Shown here piece after piece: positions 1-12,900 of a DNA stretch of 64,000 bases (its first letter is position 1; each line of letters begins with the position of its first letter). Origin of the DNA: Tubulanus polymorphus (Eukaryota; Animalia; Nemertea); the NCBI RefSeq assembly GCF_964204645.1, contig NC_134033.1, positions 7,758,655 to 7,822,654 of the forward strand, in the 5' to 3' direction. The position numbers were made by a program, and so were the translations under genes. The notes beneath the pieces were generated by a model. The model had not been told where the DNA came from, did not search any database, and saw only the letters and a program-made list of their open reading frames with translations.

Positions 1-451
1 CCTACACGACGCACACGAAACGTAGTTGTCCCAGGCACCGAATAAATGACCACATCCCTCCCCACCACAATGACCACATCCCTCCCCATGCTGACCTTGG
101 AGGGTGCAGCATTATTCCTTCAATTAATCACACAATAATAAATTCAATTCAATTCAATTTATTTAGCTTATTCGAAAAGAAACAAGGGATAGCCCCCAAA
201 CCGAATGAACTCACCAGAAAGAGAGTGAAAACTCCCTCACTTCCTAATCCCTTTGTAAATATAAATTTTTTGCAAAAAATCCAAAAGGCGTTCTGAATGC
301 GAGAACGCCAAGAAAAAAGATGGCGGATGGTGACAGTGGCTATGTGCAATACCACAGGGTCGGGTCGTATAGAAAAACCATTGGCGATCAATCCAAATTT
401 AGAAAATATTGGCAAAAACCATAGGAAAGGGAGCAGTACCCAACGGAAATG
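1..451 (-). mobile_element. DIRS retrotransposon, 5' end of a second copy (left ITR, 5'UTR, gag start); continues off the window
   Basis: Collinear with 53539-53654 plus 54573-54897 (ITR AAAACCATTGGCGATCAATCCAAATTTAGAAAATATTGGCAAAAACCATAGGAAAGG; zinc-finger codons GCGHLFGAWDN). Confidence 0.9.
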
Positions 452-679
452 CAGGGTTTTTACGTGTTTTTCAAGAATAAGTCCCCTAAAAATAACTTGA
501 TCACTATGAAATTTGTGTGGGCTCGAGAACTCATTAAGCCAAACCATGACACCAAAAAATCAACAGTTGGTTCAACAGCCAATGTTTGTGCCTTGTTGAC
601 ACACCGTACTCTATTCGTTTTCTATAAAAACTGCTTCACCAGACCGTTTGCATAAGCAAACCTATGGTTTGCCTAAAAT

Positions 680-860
680 GTGTAAAAAGTGCTGATTTTG
701 GCGAACAACAATGGCTGCCAGTCAGCCATCTTGAATCTGACAGGGCCAGTTTTTGGGCTGAAGATGTGTTTAGGCTAGATACATGTGTAATCCAAATATA
801 AAGACATTGCATTGAAGCGTCTTCCAAAAATAACTGGATTCAATCGGACGAACGAACGAA
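680..860 (+). repeat. 3' fragment of the Helentron/HINE-like family A
   Basis: Matches 40015-40200, 43350-43510 and 62670-62850. Confidence 0.75.
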
Positions 861-990
861 CCATAAACACCTTTCAGGTTGAAAAGTTATGCAAGGGTTC
901 ATTGATACCTATGAACAAAAGGACTGACAATGGACGAAAAGTGAATGCAAAAGTAAAACTGGAAGTATTGAATATACATTGGTGCAGTGA

Positions 991-2212
991 CAGGGTTCAT
1001 AGCCTCCAGGCCCAACTTAATTCAAGTACTTTCAAGGACCTATTTCAACAAAATTCAAGTACTATTTTCTGAAAAATACCATATAAACACTACTATTTAA
1101 GGCGAATTTATTGCAATGAAAATTCCTTTATTGCAGAAATTTAAAAGAAGTACAAACGCAAATCGTCATAAAGAAACATCCACGCGTAGCAGAGTACTTG
1201 ATAACTTTGGAATCTTTCAGCTTTATTTTAAGAAAGATTTTCTACATGCATCAGAAATAAATAACTTAAAAACAAGAAATCTGTGGGCCTTTCAACAGAA
1301 CTACAGGTAGACCTCGCCATCAAAAAGCTATACTATCGAAAGCAAAAATAACAAAATTATACAAAATTAAATTACAGCTCATCTACCTATTTACAATCGA
1401 TTAATTTGCTCCTTTTGAGTTTCGATGGCTGAAATTAGCTCTTTAGAGCCGCTTCTCCCATCGAAGATATGTAAATGGTTTTGGCGCATATCTTGCACCT
1501 AGCTTCTGTTGAAATTGGTCTGCGTTGAATCCAACTTTTGTATGATTCATGCACCAACCAGGAGTCAGAGAAATGGCACTTTCCCATACTGGCCTATCTA
1601 ATTTTGAATGCAACAAATTTCGATGACCGGCTTAAACGTCTAAATGATAACAGCTTAACGCTTAATCATGATCAGCTCGGGATACTCTGACATAAAAAAT
1701 CACTTTTTGATAGTTAATGCTCCAAAGATCGTCAAAATCAAAAAACAGTCTTTATATTAATTTGAGGTCATTATTTACTACCAATAATCTATTTAGAATT
1801 ATTTTGAAGTATTTTGTTTGTTTATTTCATCACAACGGCATTTGTATATACGCGGCGCGCGATAGCGGTAGTGCCGCCACGTGTCTACTAATAGATTTGT
1901 ATACGCATTGTCAGCAGTGAGCCACGTGCCTAATACATTTGTACTGTATATATACACAAGTCAGCAGTGTATAAGTGTCTATAGCACGCTGACAGTACAG
2001 AGTCACAGCACTCTCACACGTGGTTGGCAGTGCGCGGGCGTATTGAAGTCAATACAACAAACTAATTGACAAAATTTGGACAACATTAAAAATTCAAGGA
2101 CTTCCAATGATTTTTACTGAAATTTTGAAAATTCAAGCATTTTCAAGGCCTTGAAAACGCATTTTGTGATTCAAGCACTATTAAGCACTTTCCAGGATCG
2201 CTATGAACCCTG
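991..2212. mobile_element. Non-autonomous hAT-like DNA transposon with 5-bp TSD (hAT5 type)
   Basis: 13-bp TIR CAGGGTTCATAGC/GCTATGAACCCTG, flanking AGTGA on both sides, subterminal TTCAAG(G/C)AC motifs. Confidence 0.8.
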
Positions 2213-2299
2213 AGTGATCATTTATACCATTAATCCTGTAGCATAGCACTCCCTGTTGAAACACTATGAAGGAGCATCGCTCTTAGTCCAATACATTGC

Positions 2300-3510
2300 T
2301 GGCAGTTGGAAGGGGTATCAGGTCGCTTGATCAATGCAAGGCAATGTGTTGTCGTTAAACCAACATAGACCCTGCTTTAGTGGATGAAATAGTTTCCAGA
2401 ATCGATTATAAGATACTAAGGTATGTTGCATACTCTTGTCTTATCCGGCAGCTGGGACAAATATTATACAAGCATTAGGGCCGAGGGGTAAAAAATGCTT
2501 CAATCATGTATGGCATGAAGGTCTCTGGGCAGTAATGAGGAAGTTCAATATAAACAGAGGCATCATTAACTAATCATTAATCTAATACAAGCCCTCTGCA
2601 AAGCATCCAAAAGCACAGTCCAGCTTGGGAATGGACTAAGCTCTTGTTTCCTAAAATCTGTCGGAGTATGACAGGGTAGTCTACTGTCACCCACACTCTG
2701 TAACATTTTCATACAGGAAGCACTAATTGAGCAAAGCTCCCCGATTAAAGTTGGAGGAGTTGTCTGATATTCATCTATTAAATAGTTCCGAAGTTGACCA
2801 GAACAGACAGATCTCATCCCTTGACTCAACAAGTACTAGGTATGGCAAGGAAATCAGCATCAGCAAAATTAGGTCCTTGGTATCGGACCAAACACATCCC
2901 ATACATACCTATATGAAGAGAGACGAGCTGGAACAAGTCACAAGTATCTACCATGGTGCAATAAATTCTGAGGAGGGAAGCTCTGAGTCGGAAGTCAATG
3001 CGAGAATTGCTAAGTCAACAGCTGCCCTCCGCAGATTAAAATCAATTTGGCGAGATCGCAACATAACGTCAAAGACAAAAATCCACCTCTGCTCACAGTT
3101 CTGCTTTATGCATCCAAGTCATGGATCCTAACATTGAGCTGTCAGAATGGATCACTGCCTTTGAAAGACGTATCCTTAACATCCACTGAACCAGTCACAC
3201 TCCAAACACAACAGTCAAGTAGATAGTGGAACCCGACACAACTTCCTTGACTTGATTTAGAAATGGAAGCTCACTAGGTTTGACCACATAAGAAGAGCCA
3301 CAGATATGGGCAAAAACCATTTTGCATGGCTCCATCAATGGAAAACGAAGAGAAGGCCAAAACAGTCGGTCAGGGGTAGATGATATCAAAGAATGGTGTA
3401 ACTTCGATGTACCCACCCTCCTAAGGGGCCAGGACAGGAGATTGTGGCCGGCAACACTGTGAGAGCCATACTGCATCAACTGCCCCCAGGCAACGACATT
3501 GATAATGATG
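2300..3510 (+). pseudogene. Decayed RTE-clade LINE, RT C-terminal part and 3' end
   Basis: ELEQV...EVNARIAKSTAALRRLKSIWRDRNITSKTKI motifs, many stops, degenerate (GAT)n-like tail. Confidence 0.75.
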
Positions 3511-3874
3511 ACTTAGTTACTTCGATTGTTTCATCACCTCACAGTGGCAATCTAATACATTTACATTTGTATATCCATGCGTCAGCAGTAGGGCTGCATG
3601 TCTGAGTATACAACATAGTTACAACATACGGCTGTTATTGTAATCACCTGAGCAAGTCCATACAGCACAGTCAGACAGCAACAGCACTCGTACATTGGCA
3701 CGCACCTACTGTGCTAGTGCTTGTTAGCCTTTTACATTAATTCAATTAAAACAAGCTAATTTGCAAATCAGTGAATTGAATTCTCCGATAAAGGGCCTCG
3801 GCTTATTGGTCATGTATTTTAGGCTAAAAAAATGCCCTGAGCTTATTGGCCAGAATATACAGTTTGTAACTTAC

Positions 3875-3968
3875 TTTCCAACAAGATGAGCACAATTTAC
3901 CATTTCATCCACTTCTGATGCTTGTATTGTTGCCTGGTTACCATGGTAAATCACTGAATTTAACAACT
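3875..3968 (-). CDS. URB2: URB2-like exon downstream of the U12 intron (phase 1 to 2)
   Basis: tattac|AG TTG TTA AAT TCA GTG...GGA AA|gtaagt; KLLNSVIYHGNQATIQASEVDEMVNCAHLVG. Confidence 0.75.
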
Positions 3969-6900
3969 GTAATACGGTTAAGAAAAAGTTGAAACATCAA
4001 CGACATATCAAAAATTGCTGCATCACTTAATGACTTTTTGAAAAGGATATTTCTACAACAGCCCAGGAATGCTGGCTTCATTTCCATGACGATCGAAACA
4101 TTATTATTGAGTAACAAATTCAAGATGTTGTACACAGCTGGAATACATTTGACGGCAATGTGAAGGGTGACATCCTCACAGAGCGGAGTATGGTGGATGC
4201 TGTTCAAGCATAGATGTACAGCATTTACGGGTAAAAACACCTGAAATTAGAGGTAATTTAAAGTGATGCAATGTTGTAAAAGGAAACTACATAAAATGAT
4301 TTCTAAGACAGATTTAACCAGAAGAGAACAGAAATACTAAGCATTTAGGCCACTGCTATCTGGGGGTGACTCCGTCAATGTTAGAAAATAGGAAGTGTAA
4401 AATTTGTGCATCTATCTTAAAACATAAAGACACTTGCAGTGAGAGAGCAACCTGGACCCTCTAGATCCAATCTTGATATGTAGTGCTTTTACCTCTAAAG
4501 TTAACATGTTCACTTCAGACTGCAGAATAGATATTATTGTATGTTCCACGATTCCTGGATTTGCGCAATTCATCGCAAATTGTAAAATATGTTGGTATCT
4601 AACAAGAACCTGAAATAAGCGGCAAATTACTGTTTAACACATGCTTAACTCATCGATGTCGCGAGCATACCTCGCAGTGGAGCATACCTTAGGATGTTTT
4701 CAAAACAGTTGGGACTGTGACCTCAAGAAACATTTATTAATCAGTGAAAGTATTCCCTCCCACAGGGCAAACATCCTGCATTAAGGAATCCATCAGATAC
4801 TGCAACCTCTAAAGCACTGACAATTTTTTAAATCAATCATCTCCTTTCCGGGGTAAATCTAGAAGCTGAACTGGCCCCAAGGCATATCTTACCTCACGAG
4901 ATAAGTAAGTCAAAGCAGTTTTCTTGTCCAATGAATTATCAGTGCTGGGAGACAGAAATTTCAACAGACATCTCCAATCATCGATAGCTGTAATAACTAT
5001 CAGATGATCACGATTCAGGTCTTTGGAGCTCTGGAAATATCAATTTGAACTATTCTATACGAGGTAAAGGCAAGAAATTTAAGGTGTGGATTGTAGTATT
5101 CCAGACTCCCTCTAATCAACATTAAAAGTAACATTCAAACGTCAGTAGAAAAAACTGGAAAACTAGGGGTCCAGGGACACCATGCCCACTTGGATCTGAA
5201 TTGTTCAACAATCGGACAATACTAAAATTTAACTACAGTAAACTCCTGTTATACCAACCTCCCATTTACCACCACCCCCGCCTACCGCCAAGTTTTCTCA
5301 ATGTACATCTCAATACAAACACATAGTAAAATAACCCCGATATACCGCCACACTCCCTATACCACCAAAATCGTTCTGCACTGATGTTGGCAGTTAATCG
5401 GGGGTTGACTGTATTAGGACGGACATCCGCCATTCCAGCTGACCTCCCCCCACTTCCTGAGATCCCAAAATGTGTATTCTTTTAATCGAAATGGCTCAAT
5501 ACCAAAGTGACATTTATAAAGTTCAGTTTATCTGTAAGAGCATGATCAGTGGCTTACACAATTACTTATCACTTGACCTGCGTACTCATCGATCTTCGTA
5601 TGCTTTAACACAAACATAAGGTCCATATGGTCGAAGAGTTTAAAATTGACATGTAATGAGTGGATGCATGAGGAGATTTCATTGTTAGTGAAAAATTCAC
5701 TGGTTGGAAAAACAAGGCCGACGGTGCATGTCATGCTTTGTAGGAGCTCCTGAAATTTCAGGTTTGTTCAGTTGTTTGTGATGTTGGAGGCCTGATTATT
5801 GGATGATAGATTTGTGAGAGACACTTCTATCAATGGACACAATGGTTTCTATTTGTATCGATACTGTCTATTAAGATTTGAAAGATTGATTTTCGGAATT
5901 TCGGAATTAGAATTACAATCTCGGGATATCAGAATATCATTCATTTGAAGTGACCATACATTCTACTCACTCACTTTGACGCTTCAGATTCTATAGCGCT
6001 GTGGTAAATGTGGTAATTTGGTGCTATGTCAACTCAATCCAGCTTAAAGGACATGTTTGACAGTATGTCTAGTGCTACGAACGGGTCAAGTTAACCGTGA
6101 AAAGTGGTGATAAAAGTGCCGAAAACTATGGTAACCCCATTACAGATACACCTAATGATGCATTCAATGATGTTTCGACTCTTACAGAAACTTTTATGGA
6201 GACTAATTCTGAGATTAATTCCGAGACTAGTTCTGAGGACGTTATAAATTAATCTCAAAAAGAACCACTGCAAAAAAGGCAAAAACGAAAAGGTAAGACC
6301 CAGCAGTAGTACCTACGATGGAATTTCGTTGGAAGAGGGGATGAAGCGGTTATTCACTAAATTAGATGAAATGAGTTCCAAAATTGACTTGCTTACCCAT
6401 ATGAAGAAAGACATAGTTGACACTATCGTTCATCGCACCGAGGAACGCCTTTACGACTTAAAGACTGGCAATACAGAACGGTATAAGAAAATTGGAGACT
6501 TCAAAGAAATCCACAACAAGGATATTAACGCTCTTAACCCTTTCAGTGCGTCTACACCGCAGTGCGGTGTATAAATCAGTGATGGATTTTGCTAGTACAC
6601 CGCACTGCGGTGTATTGATGTAATTAGTAATTATCTCTATCGAAAAATGGCAGCAAGTGTCAAACATAGTGAAATACTAGTAACTAACGATACACCGCAC
6701 TGCGGTGTAGACGCACTTTAGTGGAATTCCCATTGTTCAACACACTAGGGTGGAATTTTTTAGAATTTTCAAATTTTCTCCAGCACTATAGGGTATTAAT
6801 TAGTCAGCACTGAAAGGGTTAAGCGAGAAATGTCTGAAATGCGTGGTCAGCTTAATGAAGCCTGTAAGGCCGCGATAAAAAATAACCAATATTCTCGCTA

Positions 6901-9900
6901 TCAAAACTTAAGAATATTTGGTATTCCAGAAGCCGACACTGAGAACTGTGATTTATTTGTGAAATTAATAAATGATAAATTAAGTGACAAGATATCCCCC
7001 GTCGACATCGAAGTAGCTCATCGCGTGCGACATCGCGAGCCAATACTTGATGATATGGGCCAAAAGATACCAGATGGGATAATCGTTCGTTTTTTGAATC
7101 GTGGTGTTCGTGATTGCATCATTAGAAAATGCTCTGCGCTCAAGGGCACTAAAACTATTATATGAGAAGACCTCTGCCCAGAGATTGTCGCCCTTGTCAG
7201 TGAATCTATTAACTCAAAATGATACGAGAAAGTATGTACCACAAATGGCCGTGTCATTGGAATAGGTCTAGATGGTAAATGAACTTATTGAACTGTATAA
7301 ACCACTTCCAAAATAGTCTCTCATCTGGAAATTGTGGCAGTTTAGATCTGTAATCTCATACCTTAGAATAACCTCAGTATGTTTAATTAAAATATTTACT
7401 TATAATCCTGCCAATAATCTACCTGTACATATATGTTACATTTGTGTCTACACTGAACATTACCTGGAACCTGGCTACCTATCATCCATGTGGTCATGTG
7501 TAAAACTGCAACCACATTTCGTTTTTAGGGTTTTCTGTTACATCACAGAAAACCCTATTGAGATTCGCGTGTTTCTTATTATTATCATTTTATGTCACAC
7601 TATTTTCACTAAAAGAACTAAGGCTTTGTTACCTTGCCGCTGTTGTCGATACAATCCGTATGATATCGTTCGGCTTACTGAGATCTACAAATACTCCGCG
7701 TGTTTTTTCACGAATCATCGTTACAAAAGCACTGTCGGGTCGTAAACATCGAAAATTCGACATGTTTTTCGAGTCGTCATCCCGAAATCAACCCTCAGGC
7801 TGATTGTCACTTCGATTATCAATTCAAGTATAAATGAACTAATTTATTGCCGCAGACTTCACATTCAGCCGCGGTCTTCAAACAGTGATTTTAACAATAG
7901 CCCATTTTCCTCATCAAATCATATTACCCATACACTGGAAATTTACTACTTTAGATTTTAAAAGCACTGTCGATCCTGCGTAAACATCGACGAATCGACG
8001 TGTGTTACTACATCGTCGTTCTGGGGATCAGCTGCGAGTTTCTCCTCATCATGAGAATCAAATCGAGTACAAATTAATTTATTACTACCAGTGATTTGGC
8101 TGCGGGTTTCAAGGAGTTAGTTTAACAATACCTATTTTTCTTTACCGAATTAACCGTGTATTTACCTCGATAATTCTTTAGTGTACCGGGGAATCGTAGG
8201 CCTAAACTAAACACGCCGAAGAGATATAGCGGAGAAAAGCTGTTATGTCGACGAGGTATCAAAATAAAAGAATATATTACTTTATTCGGCCGCGGGCTTC
8301 AACCTCTATATCAATACCATCAATACTCTATATTTCCTACAGTACATACCGATCATTGTCAAATGCACAAGGTATTTACTAAATACAAGTATATAACACA
8401 CTCCTATCCGTATGCTGGACTCACACTTGACATTCGAAGTAAGCATTCGCTGTGGAGGAAAGGAGATCGTTCGCTGTGTCGCTTGAAGATTTTATCGAGT
8501 TTTACGCGACCTTAAGGCTTAGGCCTACCAGAACTGACCTTTACTGTCTCAAACAAACACAGTATAATTGTTGCGTTTATTAACGGACTCATTGGATTGA
8601 ACTTCAAAACAAATTTTACGATATTTAGGAGGGTTGTTAATGAATAGGCCTACTTCCAATCTGTCCGGATGTTAGGCCTTCGCATATACATAGGCCTACA
8701 TAGGCTAGTAGCCTCTACTAGGTTAAAGCTAAGTTCACTGTAAAGGAGGAATCAGATTTATTAAAATGCATGTTAATTAGTGATTAACTGGTTCTGACTT
8801 GCAACGATCAATCACAATTATCAATTTCATTGGCAAAAATGAAGAGTTTTTTTTGAAAATTTCGTCTGAGCAGACGGCTTTATAAGCCAGACTTTTCATT
8901 TGAGTTTTTTCATCATAAATGGAACAGGTATTTCATTAATAGCTAATGACTTAAGCCGGACGTAGGTCGGCTTTGCGACGGCTTGTGACTCACTGCAACG
9001 CCATTCACTGCGACCGCCAGCAACGCTTGTGTCGCAACGACTCATCGACCTACGCTCCCTTGCGAGGTTGCGACTGTCAGCAATGCCAGTCACAAGGAGT
9101 CGCACGTGTTCTACTTTCTGCGACGCGACACAGCTGTCACAACCGACCTACACGCTCTTGCGACTGGCAGAAACTAGTCGGACACAGTCGCTGACAATCG
9201 TATCGCAACTGACTTGCAGCGAAATTTGCGATGCAACGTGAGGATCGCATCGCGTCGCAAGGCCGACCTACGTCCGGCTTTAAGTTACTGCGGAGCCCCA
9301 GAAATATCTTTTTTTCGTTCCTGAGACCTTTCGCTTGAAAATCCTTTCGTCGGAACAAAATTCATTTCGTTTGAATCAATAATATTCTGTTCGATCGAAC
9401 CAATTTGAAAAAATCATTAGAACAAAGTTGAACAACCTTTTTTTGTCCAAACGAAAGGTTATTCGTTCGAACAATCATTCAATCGAACAGAATCGTTTTT
9501 ATTTGAACAGAATTTTCTTGTCAAATACATTAAGTTTTTCGTTCGAACAAGTATATTGTAAAAAGTTTTTTCTTCGAACCAAAAGTATTAAGTATTTCGT
9601 TCAATCGAACAGAATTGTTTTCATTCAAACATTCGTTCCAAAAAAGTTGTTTTCGCTCAACCAAATTTCTTTGCCGGGACTAAAAGTTTTCATTTCAACA
9701 ATAACATAGCTTTTTATTTGAACACATTTTTGTCAGAATGAAGAAAAGTTTTGGTTCAAACAAAAAGCGTATTGTTCGATCAAAAAGAATTGTTTTCATT
9801 CGAACAAGATTTTCTTGTCGGAACATTAAGTTTTTTGGTCGAACGGCGTGTTAAGGTCGTTTTGGAAATTTACTCGGTCTGGTTTTGGATTACTGTGTAC

Positions 9901-12900
9901 GTCAGGACATTAAACAGAAGACGACTTAGGATACTACTTTGCGTGACTCCACTACTTAGACCGACTTATTCCAAGATTCCGTTGATTTCGGCTACAAGTT
10001 TTCGTTCAGAGATAACTGCTGAGCCATTTGAGCGACCTATCATTGATACCGTTTTCTAATAGCCTGTTTAGTAATGGCTGATGTTGAACCTTATCAAATG
10101 CTTTGTCGAAATCCACCGTTGAACAGGATTCAAGACTGTACAGAAAACCAGTTATCGCTGCTATGCAGCTATATTTCTATTTTTTATCTCTAGTAATAAT
10201 CAGAGTGCCATGGTTTTTTCAAGTGATTTAATTATTTATAATACGTGCATATTGTTTATGACTGCCAATCTTTATTTTTGCTTTTCCATATATATAAAAA
10301 CCTATTAACCTATGTTATAGCACAAGTTCGTGGAGGTCGGGCATTGGTTGAAATGCCTGTTTGCTATCTACAGCACCGGGTGTGTGCTGGTAACTCCATA
10401 ATAAGTACCCCCCTCGCAATTAATAAAGTTCCTATAGAATCCCCTGATACTACATGGTTATGTCTAAAACCTTATTCAATGCTGGTCCTTCTGCTAATCA
10501 TTGCTGCAGTCGGTAAAACCATATAACCAGTGGCTGGGATGTCTCATACTGGCTTAACTGAAATTATTATTTTTGCAGTGAGTCTTAGTTGATTCTCTTT
10601 TAATGTCATGGTAACCCTTCTCTTAATTTATTTCTAAATCGAACGTGTTCTTTCCGTTTCAGCCCAAGAAAATTCTTTTTAGTTGCTATGGGTTACTAAT
10701 GCTAGTGTTTGTCCCAGGCTCATCCAATTTAATTTTCTTTTTAAAAACATAAACCTATTAATGATATTCAACTCAACCTTGGTCCAGCCAAACTGTTTAA
10801 TGTACTGTTCAACAACATAAATAGCCTTACAGCTGACAATGGAACACGTTTTGAATTCGTGAATGAGGTTTCTGTTTGCGCCCTATGTGAAGTAGGTGAT
10901 ATTAGCAATGACATCCTAGGTTATGATATAATTGATTATACCTGTAAAAAACGTGGTATTATTGTGTATGCTCATCATTCTATTATAATACGGACCAATC
11001 AGGGAAGAAGCTCCAAATATCTTCAAATTTGAGGCATGTGCCGGTAACTGACGAAACAAAGTTTATCGACTGACATGATTTTTAAAAATTTCACGATAGG
11101 ATTGCTTTAAGTAGCTTACATCTTCACTCTTTGAAAGCCCATAACCACCGAACCAAGCGTCGGATCTTGGCGATGTAAAGTTCTTCCGACACAAATAGCA
11201 TTGAATTTTCACATGTGCTATTTTGGACAGTCAACATGCTGCAGTCAATGTCCTCAAATAAATCGAATTTTTGAAACTTTTTGGTAAATTTCTCAAAAAA
11301 TATGAAACCCATGGCTTTCAACTTAGCGCATCATAAAGAAAAACAATTACGAAATATATTTTTGCTTAATCCGTTCAATTCGCCTATTAATAGTGAAATA
11401 ACAGGCTACTGAAATTGCGTTTGTGTGTGCTAGAAATAGCTTCGAGCGTAGAGTATTAAGCATACGAATGATTATCGAACGGCCAGACCGTTGACATAGG
11501 CTCACTAACGCGAGCCAAAAATCGTAGATCAGCTACCAAAATAACGTGCTAAATCGTCTCGATTACGCCACGACTAATGTTAGAGACTACTTACTGGTTC
11601 TTAATAAAGAAACTTATGGGTAATGAATTCTGGTCAATTATTCCACCCCGAACCGACCCTGCGTCTAACATTACGGTTCATAGTCAAGTTGACAAAGCAC
11701 ATTTATTCCTTAATTGGTTGAAAGCGAAGTATCACTTGCAAGTGCATAACGACCCTGCGCTGCCGGTTTTTCCAAATAGATGTCCCCACAGTATAAATTT
11801 ACCCCGAATTAATCCAGCTGATGTTCGCAAAGTTATTCTTAATCTTGATGCCAACAAAGTATGCGGCTATGACCTAATGAAAAACAAAATGCTAAAACTG
11901 TGCATCGATAGTCTATCCCCTCTACTAGCGTGACATTTTAATAAACTTATTAATAAAAGCTCTTTCCCTGAGTGTTAGAAACTTGGAACAGTAACTGTCA
12001 TCTACAAGAAAGGCTCAGGCTGTAAATCTAACCCGGTACTGACCTTCTATAACGCTTCTACCCTCATTATCTAAAGTATTTGAAAGAATCGTGAACAACA
12101 ATATTCGCCATCATTTATTTAGCAACGACCTCATCTACGCGAACCAATCTGGTTTCCTTGCAGATCACTAAACAACAGACCAGCTATTGGCTATTACTAC
12201 ATCTTATTAATTAGATAACTTGAATCGGAACAAATATATTTGTTCCGTCTTCTTGGATATTTCTGCTGTGTTCAACACTCTTCCTCATTATCTTCTAATC
12301 CACGAGCTAAAATCCTATGGTATTACTGGAAATGAGCTGTCTTTGATTTCAAGCTACCTCTCTTTACATCTCCATTGACTCAAATAACCCAGGCGCTGGC
12401 AACTCTATACCGCAATTGAATCTAAATAAGATTTTTAAGTGGTAGCAAACCTGGTGCCTATCTTTTAAACCTTCGAAAAGCGTAGATATGATTTTCAGTA
12501 AAAAAGGCCCTAAAAAGTTTGTTGCGCTAACGTTGAGTAAAAAACCCACAAACATTTAGGATTCATCTTTGACAATCTGTCATTTAATGATCATGCAGTC
12601 CCTCGCAGACAAGGTGCAAAAATTAATAAATCCGCTGAAGCATTTATCCTGGTTTCTCAATAAGATTTATTCATTACTTTCATTAGCCCCCGACTATGGA
12701 GATATTTTGTATAACATTGCAAGTAAAGACTCTCTCGCGAAACTGGACTGAGTCCACTGCCCAGCAACCCTTTGCGTTTGAGGGGTATCCATGGCTCGAA
12801 CGCAAAGTCATTTCTTGTCTCAACTGGAAAACACTCGATATTCATAGGAAAGAACGACTTCAAACATTTATGTACCGATTCTCATCTGAAAATATTCCCA

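Noticed and set aside
3938-4240. ORF read as one continuous 100-aa coding exon
   Set aside because: The URB2-like sequence continues in another frame after 3968. The ORF simply reads through the AT-AC intron.
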